Source: Eledone cirrhosa
Taxonomy: Eukaryota
Direction: 5' to 3'
Assembly: GCA_964016885.1 (NCBI GenBank)
Contig: OZ024752.1
Coordinates: forward strand, 7,502,001 to 7,566,000
Length of the DNA stretch: 64,000 bases
Both the position numbers and the translations under genes were made by a program. Below, in pieces: positions 51,621-64,000 of this stretch (position 1 is its first letter; every line of letters starts with the position of its first letter). Under the pieces are notes generated by a model. That model ran no database searches and was not told the DNA's origin. It saw nothing but the letters and a program-made list of their open reading frames with translations.

Positions 51621-52335
51621 GCTACAATAGCTATATATATATAGCTACAATAGCTATATATAGCTACAATAGCTATATATATATAGCTACAATAGCTATA
51701 TATATATATAGCTACAATAGCTATATATATATATAGCTACAATAGCTATATATATATATAGCTACAATAGCTATATATATATATAGCTACAATAGCTATA
51801 TATATATATATAGCTACAATAGCTATATATATATATATAGCTACAATAGCTATATATATATATATAGCTACAATAGCTATATATATATATATAGCTACAA
51901 TAGCTATATATATATATATAGCTACAATAGCTATATATATATATATAGCTACAATAGCTATATATATATATATAGCTACAATAGCTATATATATATATAT
52001 AGCTACAATAGCTATATATATATATATAGCTACAATAGCTATATATATATATATAGCTACAATAGCTATATATATATATATAGCTACAATAGCTATATAT
52101 ATATATATAGCTATATATATATATATAGCTACAATAGCTATATATATATATATAGCTACAATAGCTATATATATATATATAGCTACAATAGCTCTATATA
52201 TATATATATATAGCTACAATAGCTATATATATATATAGCTACAATAGCTATATATATATATATATAGCTACAATAGCTATATATATATATATATAGCTAC
52301 AATAGCTATATATATATAGCTATATATATATATAT
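51600..52335. repeat. Palindromic-unit satellite (TA)n-GCTACAATAGC
   Basis: About 28 units of TAGCTA-CAA-TAGCTA separated by variable (TA)n. Confidence 0.95.
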
Positions 52336-52342
52336 ACATATA

Positions 52343-53172
52343 TAGGACTCTGGCCTTACTGTAGCACCGGCTCAGAGCAGGAGAGTTAAGGCGAAAAAGA
52401 TATTGGATGCTGTATTTGCCGACGACATAGTTTTATTTAGAAATACAGTGAAGGAGGGAGAGGATTTGATGCAGGAGGTTGAGACTGTGTCGATGGGTGT
52501 GGGGCTGAGAATGAATGAGACTAAAACAAAATATCTGGTAGAGAATGTTGAGAAGCCAGAGGGGATCACTAATGTAGGCGGGAAGCCGCTAGAATTGGTT
52601 GAGGACTTCCTGTATTTGGGAGCAAAGATTGGGAATACGGAAGATGATGTGGTTGAGAGGAAGAGCAAAGCCTAGGCAGCGTGCCACAGCTTGAGATTGT
52701 GTGGAAGTTGGATCTTCGTAAAGACCTGAAGATCCGTCTCTTCATTGGTGTAGTGGAGTCTGTGCTGCTGTACGGGTCTGAGACTTGGACACTGACTAAG
52801 AAACTCACTCAGATGGTGGATGGGTGCTACACGAGAATGCTGAGGATGGCTCTGAACATTAATCAGTATACACTGAGGATGAAAAACTCAGAACTGTATG
52901 GGAGCATCCCAAAAGTCAGCTCAAAAGTGACACAGAGGATACTGAGGTTAGCTGGACATGCTCACCGACATCCAGAGTTGACACTGCACTCAGTGCTCCT
53001 GTGGGAGCCCCTGCATGGACATACTAGAAGAGGAAGACCAAGGTTAATGTATGTTGATGCCCTAAGGACAGGCACTGGTCTGTTGGAGACGCAGGACATG
53101 GCAGCGATAATGAGAGACAGACCGCTGGAGAGAACTTGTCCATGGATCTCGGGAATTTTACCCACCCTAGAA
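52343..53172 (+). mobile_element. RTE-clade LINE family 3, 5'-truncated and pseudogenised
   Basis: FADD catalytic motif, FLYLG, LLYGSETWTLT, GRPRL; TAG stop at 52673 plus a frameshift. The same 3' end occurs at 13860-14027 with a (TAGA)n tail. Confidence 0.92.
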
Positions 53173-53269
53173 CATATATATAGCTACAATAGCTATATAT
53201 ATACGTGTATATTTATTTATTGCTACAATAACCAAAATGAAAACAGGCTTGACAAGTCCACTTAGTACA

Positions 53270-53662
53270 ATAGTATATTTACTATTGTATTTTCACGGTA
53301 AAGGCTTTATCTCACATAACTATTACATTACTCTATATATACTATTGTATTTTCACAGTAAAGACTTTACCTCACATAATATCTCACATAACATTTACAT
53401 TACTCTATATATACTATTGTATTTTCACAGTAAAGGCTTTACCTCACATAATATCTTACATAACATTTACATTATTCTATATATACTATTGTATTTTCAC
53501 GGCAAATACTTTACCTCACATAATATCAAATCTATGAGATTTTGATATTATTTACTTTGAGAACAATACCTTAACATAAGTATGAGTGGCTGGTTACAGC
53601 CAGTTTGAACAGAATGAGGTGAGAGATTTCTGGCCAGATACAACTAGTTTAAATGCTAAAGT
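53270..53662 (-). mobile_element. piggyBac-type MITE with about 4 copies of the subterminal unit
   Basis: Reverse orientation; repeated TTTACCTCACATAAT...ATTACTCTATATATACTATTGTATTTTCAC unit. Confidence 0.78.
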
Positions 53663-53769
53663 ATTAAGGAATAGCGGGACAATAGAGAAGACACCGTAGA
53701 CTTCATATATACTATAATATATAGTGTAACATAGTATAATATAATATAGTATAGTATAATGTACTATAA

Positions 53770-54700
53770 AGACAGCCAGTAGCATGGGAGAGAGGATAGA
53801 TGAACACTGGGGGGAACTAAAAAGACAAGAAGACAATTCAGTACTATATGAACATGCCAGACTAAGACATAATGGTAAAATAGACAACATAGAAATTAAA
53901 ATAATATCTAAACATAGGACTCGACAATTAGCCAAATTAGAGAGGTTACAGAAATAGAATTAAGCAAACCTAGACTGAACAGAAAACATGAAGGGAATAG
54001 TGACAACCATACACAAACACACACACATTATTAAAGGGATTGGCAGTATCGGTAGAGGGTCGGACGCCAGCATAGTTACGTCCCTTTACGATCTGAGTTC
54101 AAATCCCGCCGAGGTTGACTTTGCCTTTCATCCTTACGGGGTCGATAAAATAAAGTACCAGTAATGCACTGGGTATTTGCTGGCCTTGTGCCTAAAGTAG
54201 AAACAATTATTAAAGATAGAATATAAATATACACAGAAACAATAACAATACTCACACTCTAGTGACCAAAGGTAGAATATAAACACATAGACACACGCAG
54301 ACTCAGACATGAACACATGACCACACACTCAAACGCATGCGTAAACAGAGACAAGAATAAATAGATAAATAGAATAGGAACACTATGAGAAGAAACATAG
54401 AAACATGATAATCACTGATGATGCCACAGGTGTGTGACGAAAGAACTCTGAGAAACTATATCTATATCTATATTTTTAACTGTTGGTCAATCAATGATAA
54501 ACATTGATTGCCAGCTAAATTATTTATAGAAATCATCTAAACTGAAGTGAAAGCCAACCCAAACCAAACAATGAGTGTGTTTTACTATATAATTCTGGCA
54601 ATATTAGGATAACATGACATTTCTTAAATATAACAATATCTGTTTCAACACATGATTTCATATCAAAACCTTGCAAAACAAATAAATATGTTATACAATA
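53770..54700 (+). mobile_element. Second Penelope-like remnant, interrupted by a SINE
   Basis: 53771-54030 matches 3040-3290; SINE at 54038-54211; continuation matches 3290-3560; hammerhead motif at 54412; 54480-54700 recurs at 57330-57520 and 59170-59340. Confidence 0.82.
54038..54211 (+). mobile_element. SINE family B copy inside a Penelope remnant
   Basis: Direct match to 1452-1633. Confidence 0.87.
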
Positions 54701-55107
54701 TATAATCATCATCATTGTTTAACATCCATTTTCCACGCTAGCATGGGTAGGATGGGCTGATATAATATAGTATATTATGAAATATAATATAATATATTAT
54801 AATATAATATTACATCTCAGCAGAGAAACCAGAACAGACATGATTAACAGTGATACAGGCCTACATTTGGAAAAATGTTATTAAAATTAGGATAATTAAT
54901 TCATGTAAAGACTGAATGTATGTTGCCAGTGTTAACATAGTGAGGAGATTGTGTCATTAAGGGTGTAATTATATAATTACTAACTATAATACATCTGTTA
55001 TATACAACAATGATTGGTTTAATATTTCTTTAGTTTTATTGTGATTAATGTAAAGAAGGAGATGATAATAACTACATCTTACACAACATACTCTGTATCT
55101 GTCTGAA

Positions 55108-56360
<1,253 letters not shown>

Positions 56361-56409
56361 GTAGATAAAATAAATCAAAGAACGCCTACATACTTTTACC
56401 ATTTTTATT

Positions 56410-56456
56410 CGCTAACAATGTTTCATCCATACCGTGAGGCGGGAATCCTCAGAGCG
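56410..56456 (-). ncRNA. Hammerhead motif
   Basis: Minus strand: CGCT-CTGAGGA-TTCC...GGAT-GAAAC-ATT-GTT-AGCG. Confidence 0.55.
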
Positions 56457-56979
56457 TAATCAATAAAAATATAGTGCTGAATATAAGCTCTACCAAGCTG
56501 TACAGGATAGCATGAGGGAGATTAGATCTGAGAATGATGGAGAGAATGCGTACTGGGTTTATTAGTCAACATTATAACAAACCATGATAATACAATAACA
56601 CAGGCAGATTTTCCCACAAGAGACTGGGGCATGTGAAGGCATACAAAAGCAATCTTAAGCACTTAAAGATAATTTTAAAAAATATATTTTTTAAAAAAAG
56701 GCTTTTAAGAAAAATAATTTTAAAATAATTAAAAATAATTGGAAGTAATTAAAAATAATTAAAAAATTTAAAAAAATTTTAATTTTAAAGGAATTAAAAC
56801 ATTTAAAAATTACAAAAATATAAGTAAAAATATTTTAAAATATTTAAAAATAATTAAAAAAATTTTAAAACCTAAAAATAAAAAATAAAAAAATAATAAT
56901 TAAAAAAATACATAATAGTAATTAAACAAATGGGGAAAGGAAAAATAAATTGAGGCATATGAAGAATCAACAAAGGAGG

Positions 56980-57011
<32 letters not shown>

Positions 57012-57048
57012 AACGGAGAATCAGTGGTGCGACGAATAAAATTTATTA

Positions 57049-57143
57049 GACATATTACAATCGTTTCTCTGGCGACCAGCTCGAGGCTCAATTGATGCAA
57101 TGATCGAACCTGACTCTGAAATCGCAAGGTCTTCAGATACGTC
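57049..57143 (-). ncRNA. Hammerhead motif, same family as 13707-13796
   Basis: Minus strand: GACGTAT-CTGAAGA-CCTTGCGAT...GTCGCCAGA-GAAAC-GATT-GTA-ATATGTC. Confidence 0.65.
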
Positions 57144-57270
57144 ACGATTCTATGAAGCAGAGTTTCCATATATACATACATACATATATATATACATGCC
57201 ATCTTTGAAAAAACAAGATGGCGTAGGACAGAACAAAGGAGAGGCACAAAAACAAAGAAAAGAATCCCCA

Positions 57271-57313
57271 GTCACTGAAGAGGTCACAGAATGTGTGACG
57301 AAAGAACTTTGAC
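57271..57313 (+). ncRNA. Hammerhead motif of the Penelope-linked family
   Basis: GTCA-CTGAAGA-G-GTCACA-GAATG-TGTGAC-GAAA-GAA-CTT-TGAC; relatives at 54412-54451, about 3508-3550 and about 58774-58818. Confidence 0.62.
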
Positions 57314-57795
57314 AATATATAAACAATCATCTGGTTGTGGAACCAACCAACCAATCGGAAATTTATAAATTCCTAAATTTATAAATTTATTATAATAAAT
57401 TGAAGTAAAAGCAATTGGTGCGTGTGTTCCTTATTGGCAACATGACCCTCCCAAAGTATAACAATATCGGTTTCAACACACGTTTTCAGATAAAGAATCT
57501 TGCTAAACAAATTCAGAAACAAAATAAATATATATATATACATAGTAGATACATAGAATGGAAAACGAAAAATCAGTGATGCATTGGAACTCAATTTATT
57601 GTGTGTTACAATTGTTTCCCCGGCGGACAGCTCAAGGTGCGATGTGTGTGTGGATCGACCTGACTCTGGATTCACAGGTTCCTTGGACATGTCTATTGAT
57701 TTCGGAGCAGATATATAAACATGTCAGAAAAGTTGTCTATATAAAATAATACCAACTGATACTTGCTGCTGCTGCTACTACTACTAGTTATTAAA

Positions 57796-58232
57796 CCGCC
57801 ACCGCCACCATCACTACCACCATCACCACCAACCGCCACCACCAACACCACCACCACCATCACCACCAACCAACAACTCTACCACCGCCACCACCATCAC
57901 CGCCACCACCACCACCACCATCACCCCCAACCAACAACTCTACCGCCACCATCACCACCACCACTGCCACCACCACCACCACCATCACCACCAACCAACC
58001 AACAACTCTACCACCACCACCACCATCACCACCAACCAACCAACAACTCTACCACCACCACCACCATCACCACCAACCAACAACTCTACCACCACCACCA
58101 CCATCACCCCCAACCAACAACTCTACTACCACCATCACCACCACCACTGCCACCATCACCACCATCACCACCAACCAACAACTCTACCACCATCACCACC
58201 AACCAACAACTCTACTACCACCACCGCCACCG
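57796..58232. repeat. (CCA)n-derived low-complexity repeat
   Basis: CCACCA runs with recurring CCAACCAACAACTCTA. Confidence 0.9.
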
Positions 58233-58643
58233 TAAATATATATATATGGTGACTGCAATTCTACTATAGACATACATATATACGCCACTCCTATGGGTGT
58301 GAGAGAGTATGAAAATTGATATTTTCAAGACTAACCTCGCTGCCATCCACATCTGTACCAATGTTTTGCTTACCATTGGAATTACAGTAAAATTAATTAG
58401 AAGCCATAATTAGAAATTCCCTCATTACTGTTTAGTTTTTTAAACAGATTTTACACTAATTTCTTTAAAATGTTAACCACCAACTAAATGAAGAAAAAAC
58501 ATACACACACACACACATTCTTTCTTCTGATGAAGGACCAGCATCTGAAACGTTAAGACCCTCTTGCTGCTATATCAAGCGTTAACCTAATATATTCCTT
58601 CCATATACTGTACCGATTGTGTTGTTATTTCTGTTTACCTTTT

Positions 58644-58688
<45 letters not shown>

Positions 58689-58827
58689 GGGTAGATAGCT
58701 AATAGTTAGAGATTTGAAATTAAAATTAAAATGGCATCGACATTACAGTACAATGGGAGGAAACATAATAGTACCACTGATGATGTCGCAGATGTGCAAC
58801 GAAAGAACATTGTTGGACTATATATAT

Positions 58828-59163
58828 ATCATCATCATCACTTTACGTCCGCTTTTCCCTGCTTGCAAGGGTGGGACGAGAACTGATTCTGGCTTGACTT
58901 CTACAGCTGGATGCCCTTCCTAACACCAACCTCATTTACAGTGAGTGCTGGGTGCTTTTTTGCTGTGGCACCTCCACGACTACTTTGCAGTGGAATGATA
59001 GGGACCGCAGTCCCTATCATCTCATTTCTACAGCTGAGTGAACTGGAGCAATGTGAAATAAAGTGTCTTGCTCAAGGAAACAACACATCACCCGGTCTGA
59101 GAATTGAACTCACAACCTTTCGATTGCAAGGCCAATGCTCTAACCACTAAGCCATGTGCCTCC
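58828..59163 (-). mobile_element. CORE-like SINE, full-length copy
   Basis: Reverse complement of 31211-31556. Confidence 0.9.
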
Positions 59164-59706
59164 ATATATATATTTATATCTGTATTTTTAACCATTAGTC
59201 AATCAATGATAAACATTGATTGCCAAATAAATTAACTATGGAGATATAAAAGATACAGAAGCGAAAACCAACCAAACAGTGTGTTCTGTTATTATTTCTG
59301 GCAATATTATAACAATATGACCCTCCCCAAGTATAATATATATATATATATATAAAAAAAAAACACACAGTCCACGCTGTAATGTGACCGTGTAGGCAAC
59401 ACGGTAAAAACGTCCCAGTCCCACACTGTAAATGTGGTTGGTGTTAGGAAGGGCATCCAGCTGTAGAAAACCCGCCAGACAGTCCACGCTGTAATGTGGC
59501 CATGTAGGCAACACGGTAAAAACCTCCCAGCCCCACACTGTAAATGTGGTTGGTGTTAGGAAGGGCATCCAACTGTAGAAAACCCGCCAGACAGTCCTAT
59601 GCGAGCAAGACAATCACTCTTGCCTCAAGTGGGAAAACTCCCGTCCAAACCCATGCAAGCATGGAACACGGACGTTAAACGATGATGATGATGATGATGA
59701 TGATGA

Positions 59707-59770
<64 letters not shown>

Positions 59771-59929
59771 CATGCCTCTGCTTGATCTGGGTTCACCTAG
59801 AGTTAAAAATCAACATTGTCCTTTGTCTTCCCTCAGTTGATAAAATAAATTCCAATCAAGAACTGGGATCAATATAACTGACTTCCCCAGCACACACCAC
59901 CTAAGGCAGAAACTATTATTCTACCCAGG

Positions 59930-60910
59930 GAGGTGGATTGGCAAGATCGGTAGAGTGTCAGATACCATGTTTCGTGGTATAGAGTTACGGCCCTTTATCT
60001 TCTGAGTTCAAATCCCGCCAAGGTTAACTTTGCCTTTCATCCTTACAGGGTCGATAAAATAAAGTACCAGTAATGCACTGGGTAATTGCTGGCCTTGTGC
60101 CTAACGTAGAAACAATTATTATATTAGATGTTATATTTATTTACTCCCTCCTGGAGTGTTAGACTAACAGAGGGGGGGGGGGCGTCAGTTATTAAGAAGT
60201 CGGTCACCTCCCACTCACAATCTCCCTCCTCATACTACTACCCACTTCCTCATTTCAACTCCTCCCCCTTCCTTCCACCGACACCCTCCTCCCCCTCCCC
60301 AGTTCAGTCAACAATGTCTTCTTATATTTATGAACCTACTCTATATTCTTGCCACACCTCCATAATAAATATAGTTTATTAGATTGGCACCCCAACAGGG
60401 TACTGTCCACCCCACCCTCAATATAGGCCTTGAATTAGGGGAATTATTAAGGCAGAGGTAAAATATCTTGCATTATTTATTGCCCGGTGAATTGACAGTA
60501 TCAGTAGAGGGTCGGACGTCATGCTTTGCAGCATAGAGTTACGGCCCTTTATGGTCTGAGTTCAAATCCCGCCGTGGTTAACTTTGCCTTTCATCCTTAC
60601 GGGGTTGATAAAATAAAGTACCAGTAATGTACTGGGTAATTGCTGGCCTGTGCCAAAAGTAGAAACAATTATTTATTCTAAATGTTGGAATTGGCAGTAT
60701 CAATAGATCGTCAGACATCCTTTGTAGCATAGAGTTACGGCCCTTTACGCTCTGAGTTCAAATCCCGCTGAGTTTAGCTTTGCCTTTCATCCTTACAGGG
60801 TAGGGGGGGTCGATAAAATAAAGTACCAGTAATGCACTGGGGTCAATCTAATTAAGTTCACCCCTTCCCTTCAAATTGCTGGCCTTGTGCCTAAATCAGA
60901 AACCTTTATT
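59930..60910 (+). mobile_element. Cluster of three SINE family B copies
   Basis: Copies at about 59930-60120, 60486-60672 and 60685-60910, all in the same orientation. Confidence 0.85.
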
Positions 60911-61477
60911 TATTCCAATCCGTTGCGTCGTGAGTTCAAATCCAACCGAGGTCAACTTTTCCTCCATTCTAAAGTGAATAAATGAAATACCAGAGTAGGG
61001 TGGAGTTAGAATGTCAGACAAGAATATCTAAGTCTTGGGTGTGTAAGAAAGAAGATATTTCACTTTTAACATCCTGTACCATATGAAACTGCATTAGCAA
61101 GACTTCTGAGAATGACAAAGCAACTCTATGTCTGCATCACATTAACCCTTTAGCATTTAAACCTGGCCAAAACTACCTTTGGTTCTAAAAAACAAAAACA
61201 CTCATTTTAAAGGGTTCCTATTTAAATTAAAACCTTCCAATTATGATATAAGAACCTTTTATTAAGTTATGTTACATATACCATCTTAATAATGAAATAA
61301 TTAATCAATTTAGTAAATCACTCCCAATTCTTCATTTATCAATCTAAATACAGTGTATTTCATTCTAGATATGGTTAAAAAAAAAGGTTTAAAAGTATAA
61401 ATTTCTTTTGACACTGTTATTGCTATGACTCACTTTCTGAAAAGCTGACATGTTCAATGTTTTTGCCTTCCTAGGTT

Positions 61478-62333
61478 CCTTTAAACCGGCCATATCTGGC
61501 CAGAATTCTCTCACCTCTTTCTCTTCAAACAGGCCTTGCCTAGCCACTCATACTTATATTAAGGTATTGTTCTCAAAATAAATAATATCAAAATCTTGTA
61601 GATTTGATATTATGTGAGATAATTATGAGAGGTTAAGCCTTTACCACAAGATACAACAGTATATATAGAGTAATGTAAATGTTATGTGAGATATTATGTG
61701 AGTTAAAGCCTTTACCACAAGATACAACAGTATATATAGAGTAATGTAAATGTTATGTGAGATATTATGTGAGGTAAAGCCTTTACTGTGAAAATACAAT
61801 AGTATATATAGAGTAATGTAAATATTATGTGAGATATTATGTGAGGTAAAGCCTTTACTGTGAAAATACAACAGTATATATAGAGTAATGTAAATGTTAT
61901 GTGAGATATTATGTGAGGTAAAGCCTTTACTGTGAAAATACAATAGTATATATAGAGTAATGTAAATGTTATGTGAGATATTATGTGAGGTAAAGCCTTT
62001 ACTGTGAAAATACAATAGTATATATAGAGTAATGTAAATATTATGTGAGATATTATGTGAGGTAAAGCCTTTACTGTGAAAATACAACAGTATATATAGA
62101 GTAATGTAAATGTTGTGAGATATTATGTGAGGTAAAGCCTTTACTGTGAAAATACAACAGTATATATAGAGTAATGTAAATGTTATCTGAGATATTATGT
62201 GAGGTAAAGCCTTTACTGTGAAAATACAACAGTATATATAGAGTAATGTAAATTTTATGGGAGGTATTATGTGAGGTAAAGCCTTTACCACAAGATACAA
62301 CAGTATATATAGAGTAATGTAAATGCTAAAGGG
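61478..62333 (+). mobile_element. piggyBac-type MITE with about 10 tandem copies of a 72-bp subterminal unit
   Basis: Family body at 61478-61610, 72-bp periodicity to 62325, right end AAATGCTAAAGGG|TTAA. Confidence 0.85.
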
Positions 62334-62629
62334 TTAACAGTTGCCGTCCTTACTTTGGTGACAATTTCCACAACAATATGTCCAACTAGTAAAGATACTG
62401 TAAACATTTGAATTAACAAACCTGTTTTTATATTTTTTCTGGTAAATCATTGCAGGGTTAGGGTTAGGGTTAGGGTGTTAAGGCTCAAATATCTCAATAT
62501 GTTAACCCAGATATAGAAAGGCGTGTATAGTGTGTATATAGTATTAGCTATGTTAACACTGGTGTATAAAGTGGTGTATATAGTATTTATAAAGTGGTAT
62601 ATAATATATATGTTAACTGGTGTATAAAG

Positions 62630-63168
62630 TGTTGGTGGTGGTATTGTTGTTGTTGGTGGCAGTGGTGGTGGTATTGTTGTTGTTGGTGGCAGTGGTGGTA
62701 GTATTGTTGTTGTTGGTGGCAGTGGTGGTAGTATTGTTGTTGTTGGTGGCAGTGGTGGTGGTATTGTTGTTGTTGGTGGCAGTGGTGGTAGTATTGTTGT
62801 TGTTGGTGGCAGTGGTGGTAGTATTGTTGTTGTTGGTGGCAGTGGTGGTGGTATTGTTGTTGTTGGTGGCAGTGGTGGTAGTATTGTTGTTGTTGGTGGC
62901 AGTGGTGGTAGTATTGTTGTTGTTGGTGGCAGTGGTGGTGGTATTGTTGTTGTTGGTGGCAGTGGTGGTAGTATTGTTGTTGTTGGTAGCAGTGGTGGTG
63001 GTATTGTTGTTGTTGGTGGCAGTGGTGGTGGTATTGTTGTTGTTGGTAGCAGTGGTGGTAGTATTGTTGTTGTTGGTGGCAGTGGTGGTGGTATTGTTGT
63101 TGTTGGTGGCAGTGGTGGTGGTATTGTTGTTGTTGGTGGCAGTGGTGGTGGTATTGTTGTTGTTGTTG
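62630..63168. repeat. 30-bp minisatellite, about 18 copies
   Basis: GTATTGTTGTTGTTGGTGGCAGTGGTGGTR. Confidence 0.96.
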
Positions 63169-63492
63169 TGCACTAAGTTAACCTCAGGAGTTGACACAAT
63201 ACTTTATGGTGTCTGCAGAAATCTGTAGAAATCTGTAGAAATATTACTCCAGTTCCTCCAAACTTTAATATTTTGTAGTCTTTCAAACAGATGTTTTTTC
63301 TAATATTTCATGTTTTTAGTTTTTAACTTTTTAACTCAAATCATATTTCACATTAAACTTCTGTTGAATTGGTCCACCAATTCCTGATGCAGCAAAGTGT
63401 TGCAGTTGTTGTGTTTGACCTAAATATGATCCAGTAGATACTTAGTGTTGGTCCTCAATGGTATATCAACATTTCAAAGTGGGCTTGGTAAA

Positions 63493-63670
63493 AATTGTTT
63501 CTACTTTTGGCACAAGGCCAGCAATTATCCCAGTGCATTACTGGTACTTTATTTTATCGACCCCGTAAGGATGAAAGGCAAAGTTAACCTCGGCGGGATT
63601 GTAAAGGGCCATAACTCTATGCTGCAAAGCATGGCGTCCGACCCTCTACCGATACTTCTAATTCACCCAT
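63493..63670 (-). mobile_element. SINE family B copy
   Basis: Reverse complement match to 1452-1633. Confidence 0.85.
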
Positions 63671-63872
63671 TCATTGTAATAATGTAAACTGGAATTTAGT
63701 TTTCTCTATTCAGTCTGCCAGATTGTTTTAGTGACCTCTTTTCATTGAGATGTTACATATATTCTGACAAATTTAGAGATGTCAAGATGAATGGACCTGT
63801 TATTTTTCTCTAAAGACATTTTTTCCAATTTCAGCGCGCCCGTCCCCTCAATCTATCTTATTTCTCATTCTT

Positions 63873-63908
63873 TCTTCTGATGAAGGACCAGCGTCCGAAA
63901 CGTTAAGA
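63873..63908 (+). ncRNA. Ultra-minimal hammerhead motif (dimer type)
   Basis: TCTT-CTGATGA-A-GGAC-CAGC-GTCC-GAAAC-GTT-AAGA; relatives at 58523-58558 (+), 14121-14156 (-) and 35152-35187 (-) within a dispersed repeat of 150-220 bp. Confidence 0.75.
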
Positions 63909-64000
63909 CCCTCTTGTGCTGCTATTTCAAGCGTTAACCTAATATATTCCTTCCATATACTGTACCGGTTGTGTTGTTATTTCTGTTTACCTTTTATATA

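Noticed and set aside
57763-58269. Pro/His/Thr-rich 168-aa ORF (and the Asn/Thr ORF at 62613-63197)
   Set aside because: Simple-repeat translations without splice or homology support.
62454-62476. Interstitial telomeric sequence
   Set aside because: Only about three TTAGGG units, too short to infer a fusion or healing event.

Overview
Repeat-rich, AT-rich eukaryotic genomic DNA, most likely an octopod cephalopod. The taxon is inferred from the SINE families, RTE tails and microsatellite load, not proven. The window holds one intact protein-coding gene on the + strand: ubiquitin carboxyl-terminal hydrolase 22 (USP22/nonstop, the SAGA deubiquitinase). It has 13 coding exons from 10400 to 44561, all with GT-AG introns and consistent phases, summing to 1680 nt (559 aa). 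The rest is transposable-element debris and tandem repeats: several RTE LINE families, two tRNA-derived SINE families, Penelope-like GIY-YIG remnants, piggyBac-, hAT- and Tc1/mariner-type MITEs, and many mini- and microsatellites, several visibly born from TE segments. The most notable hidden layer is a set of about a dozen minimal hammerhead-ribozyme motifs of several families, some linked to Penelope remnants, in inverted pairs, or sense within USP22 intron 1. A 23-codon upstream ORF also has its stop overlapping the USP22 start codon. No CRISPR array, rRNA or bona fide tRNA gene was found, and the long ORFs in the ORF track are repeat artefacts.
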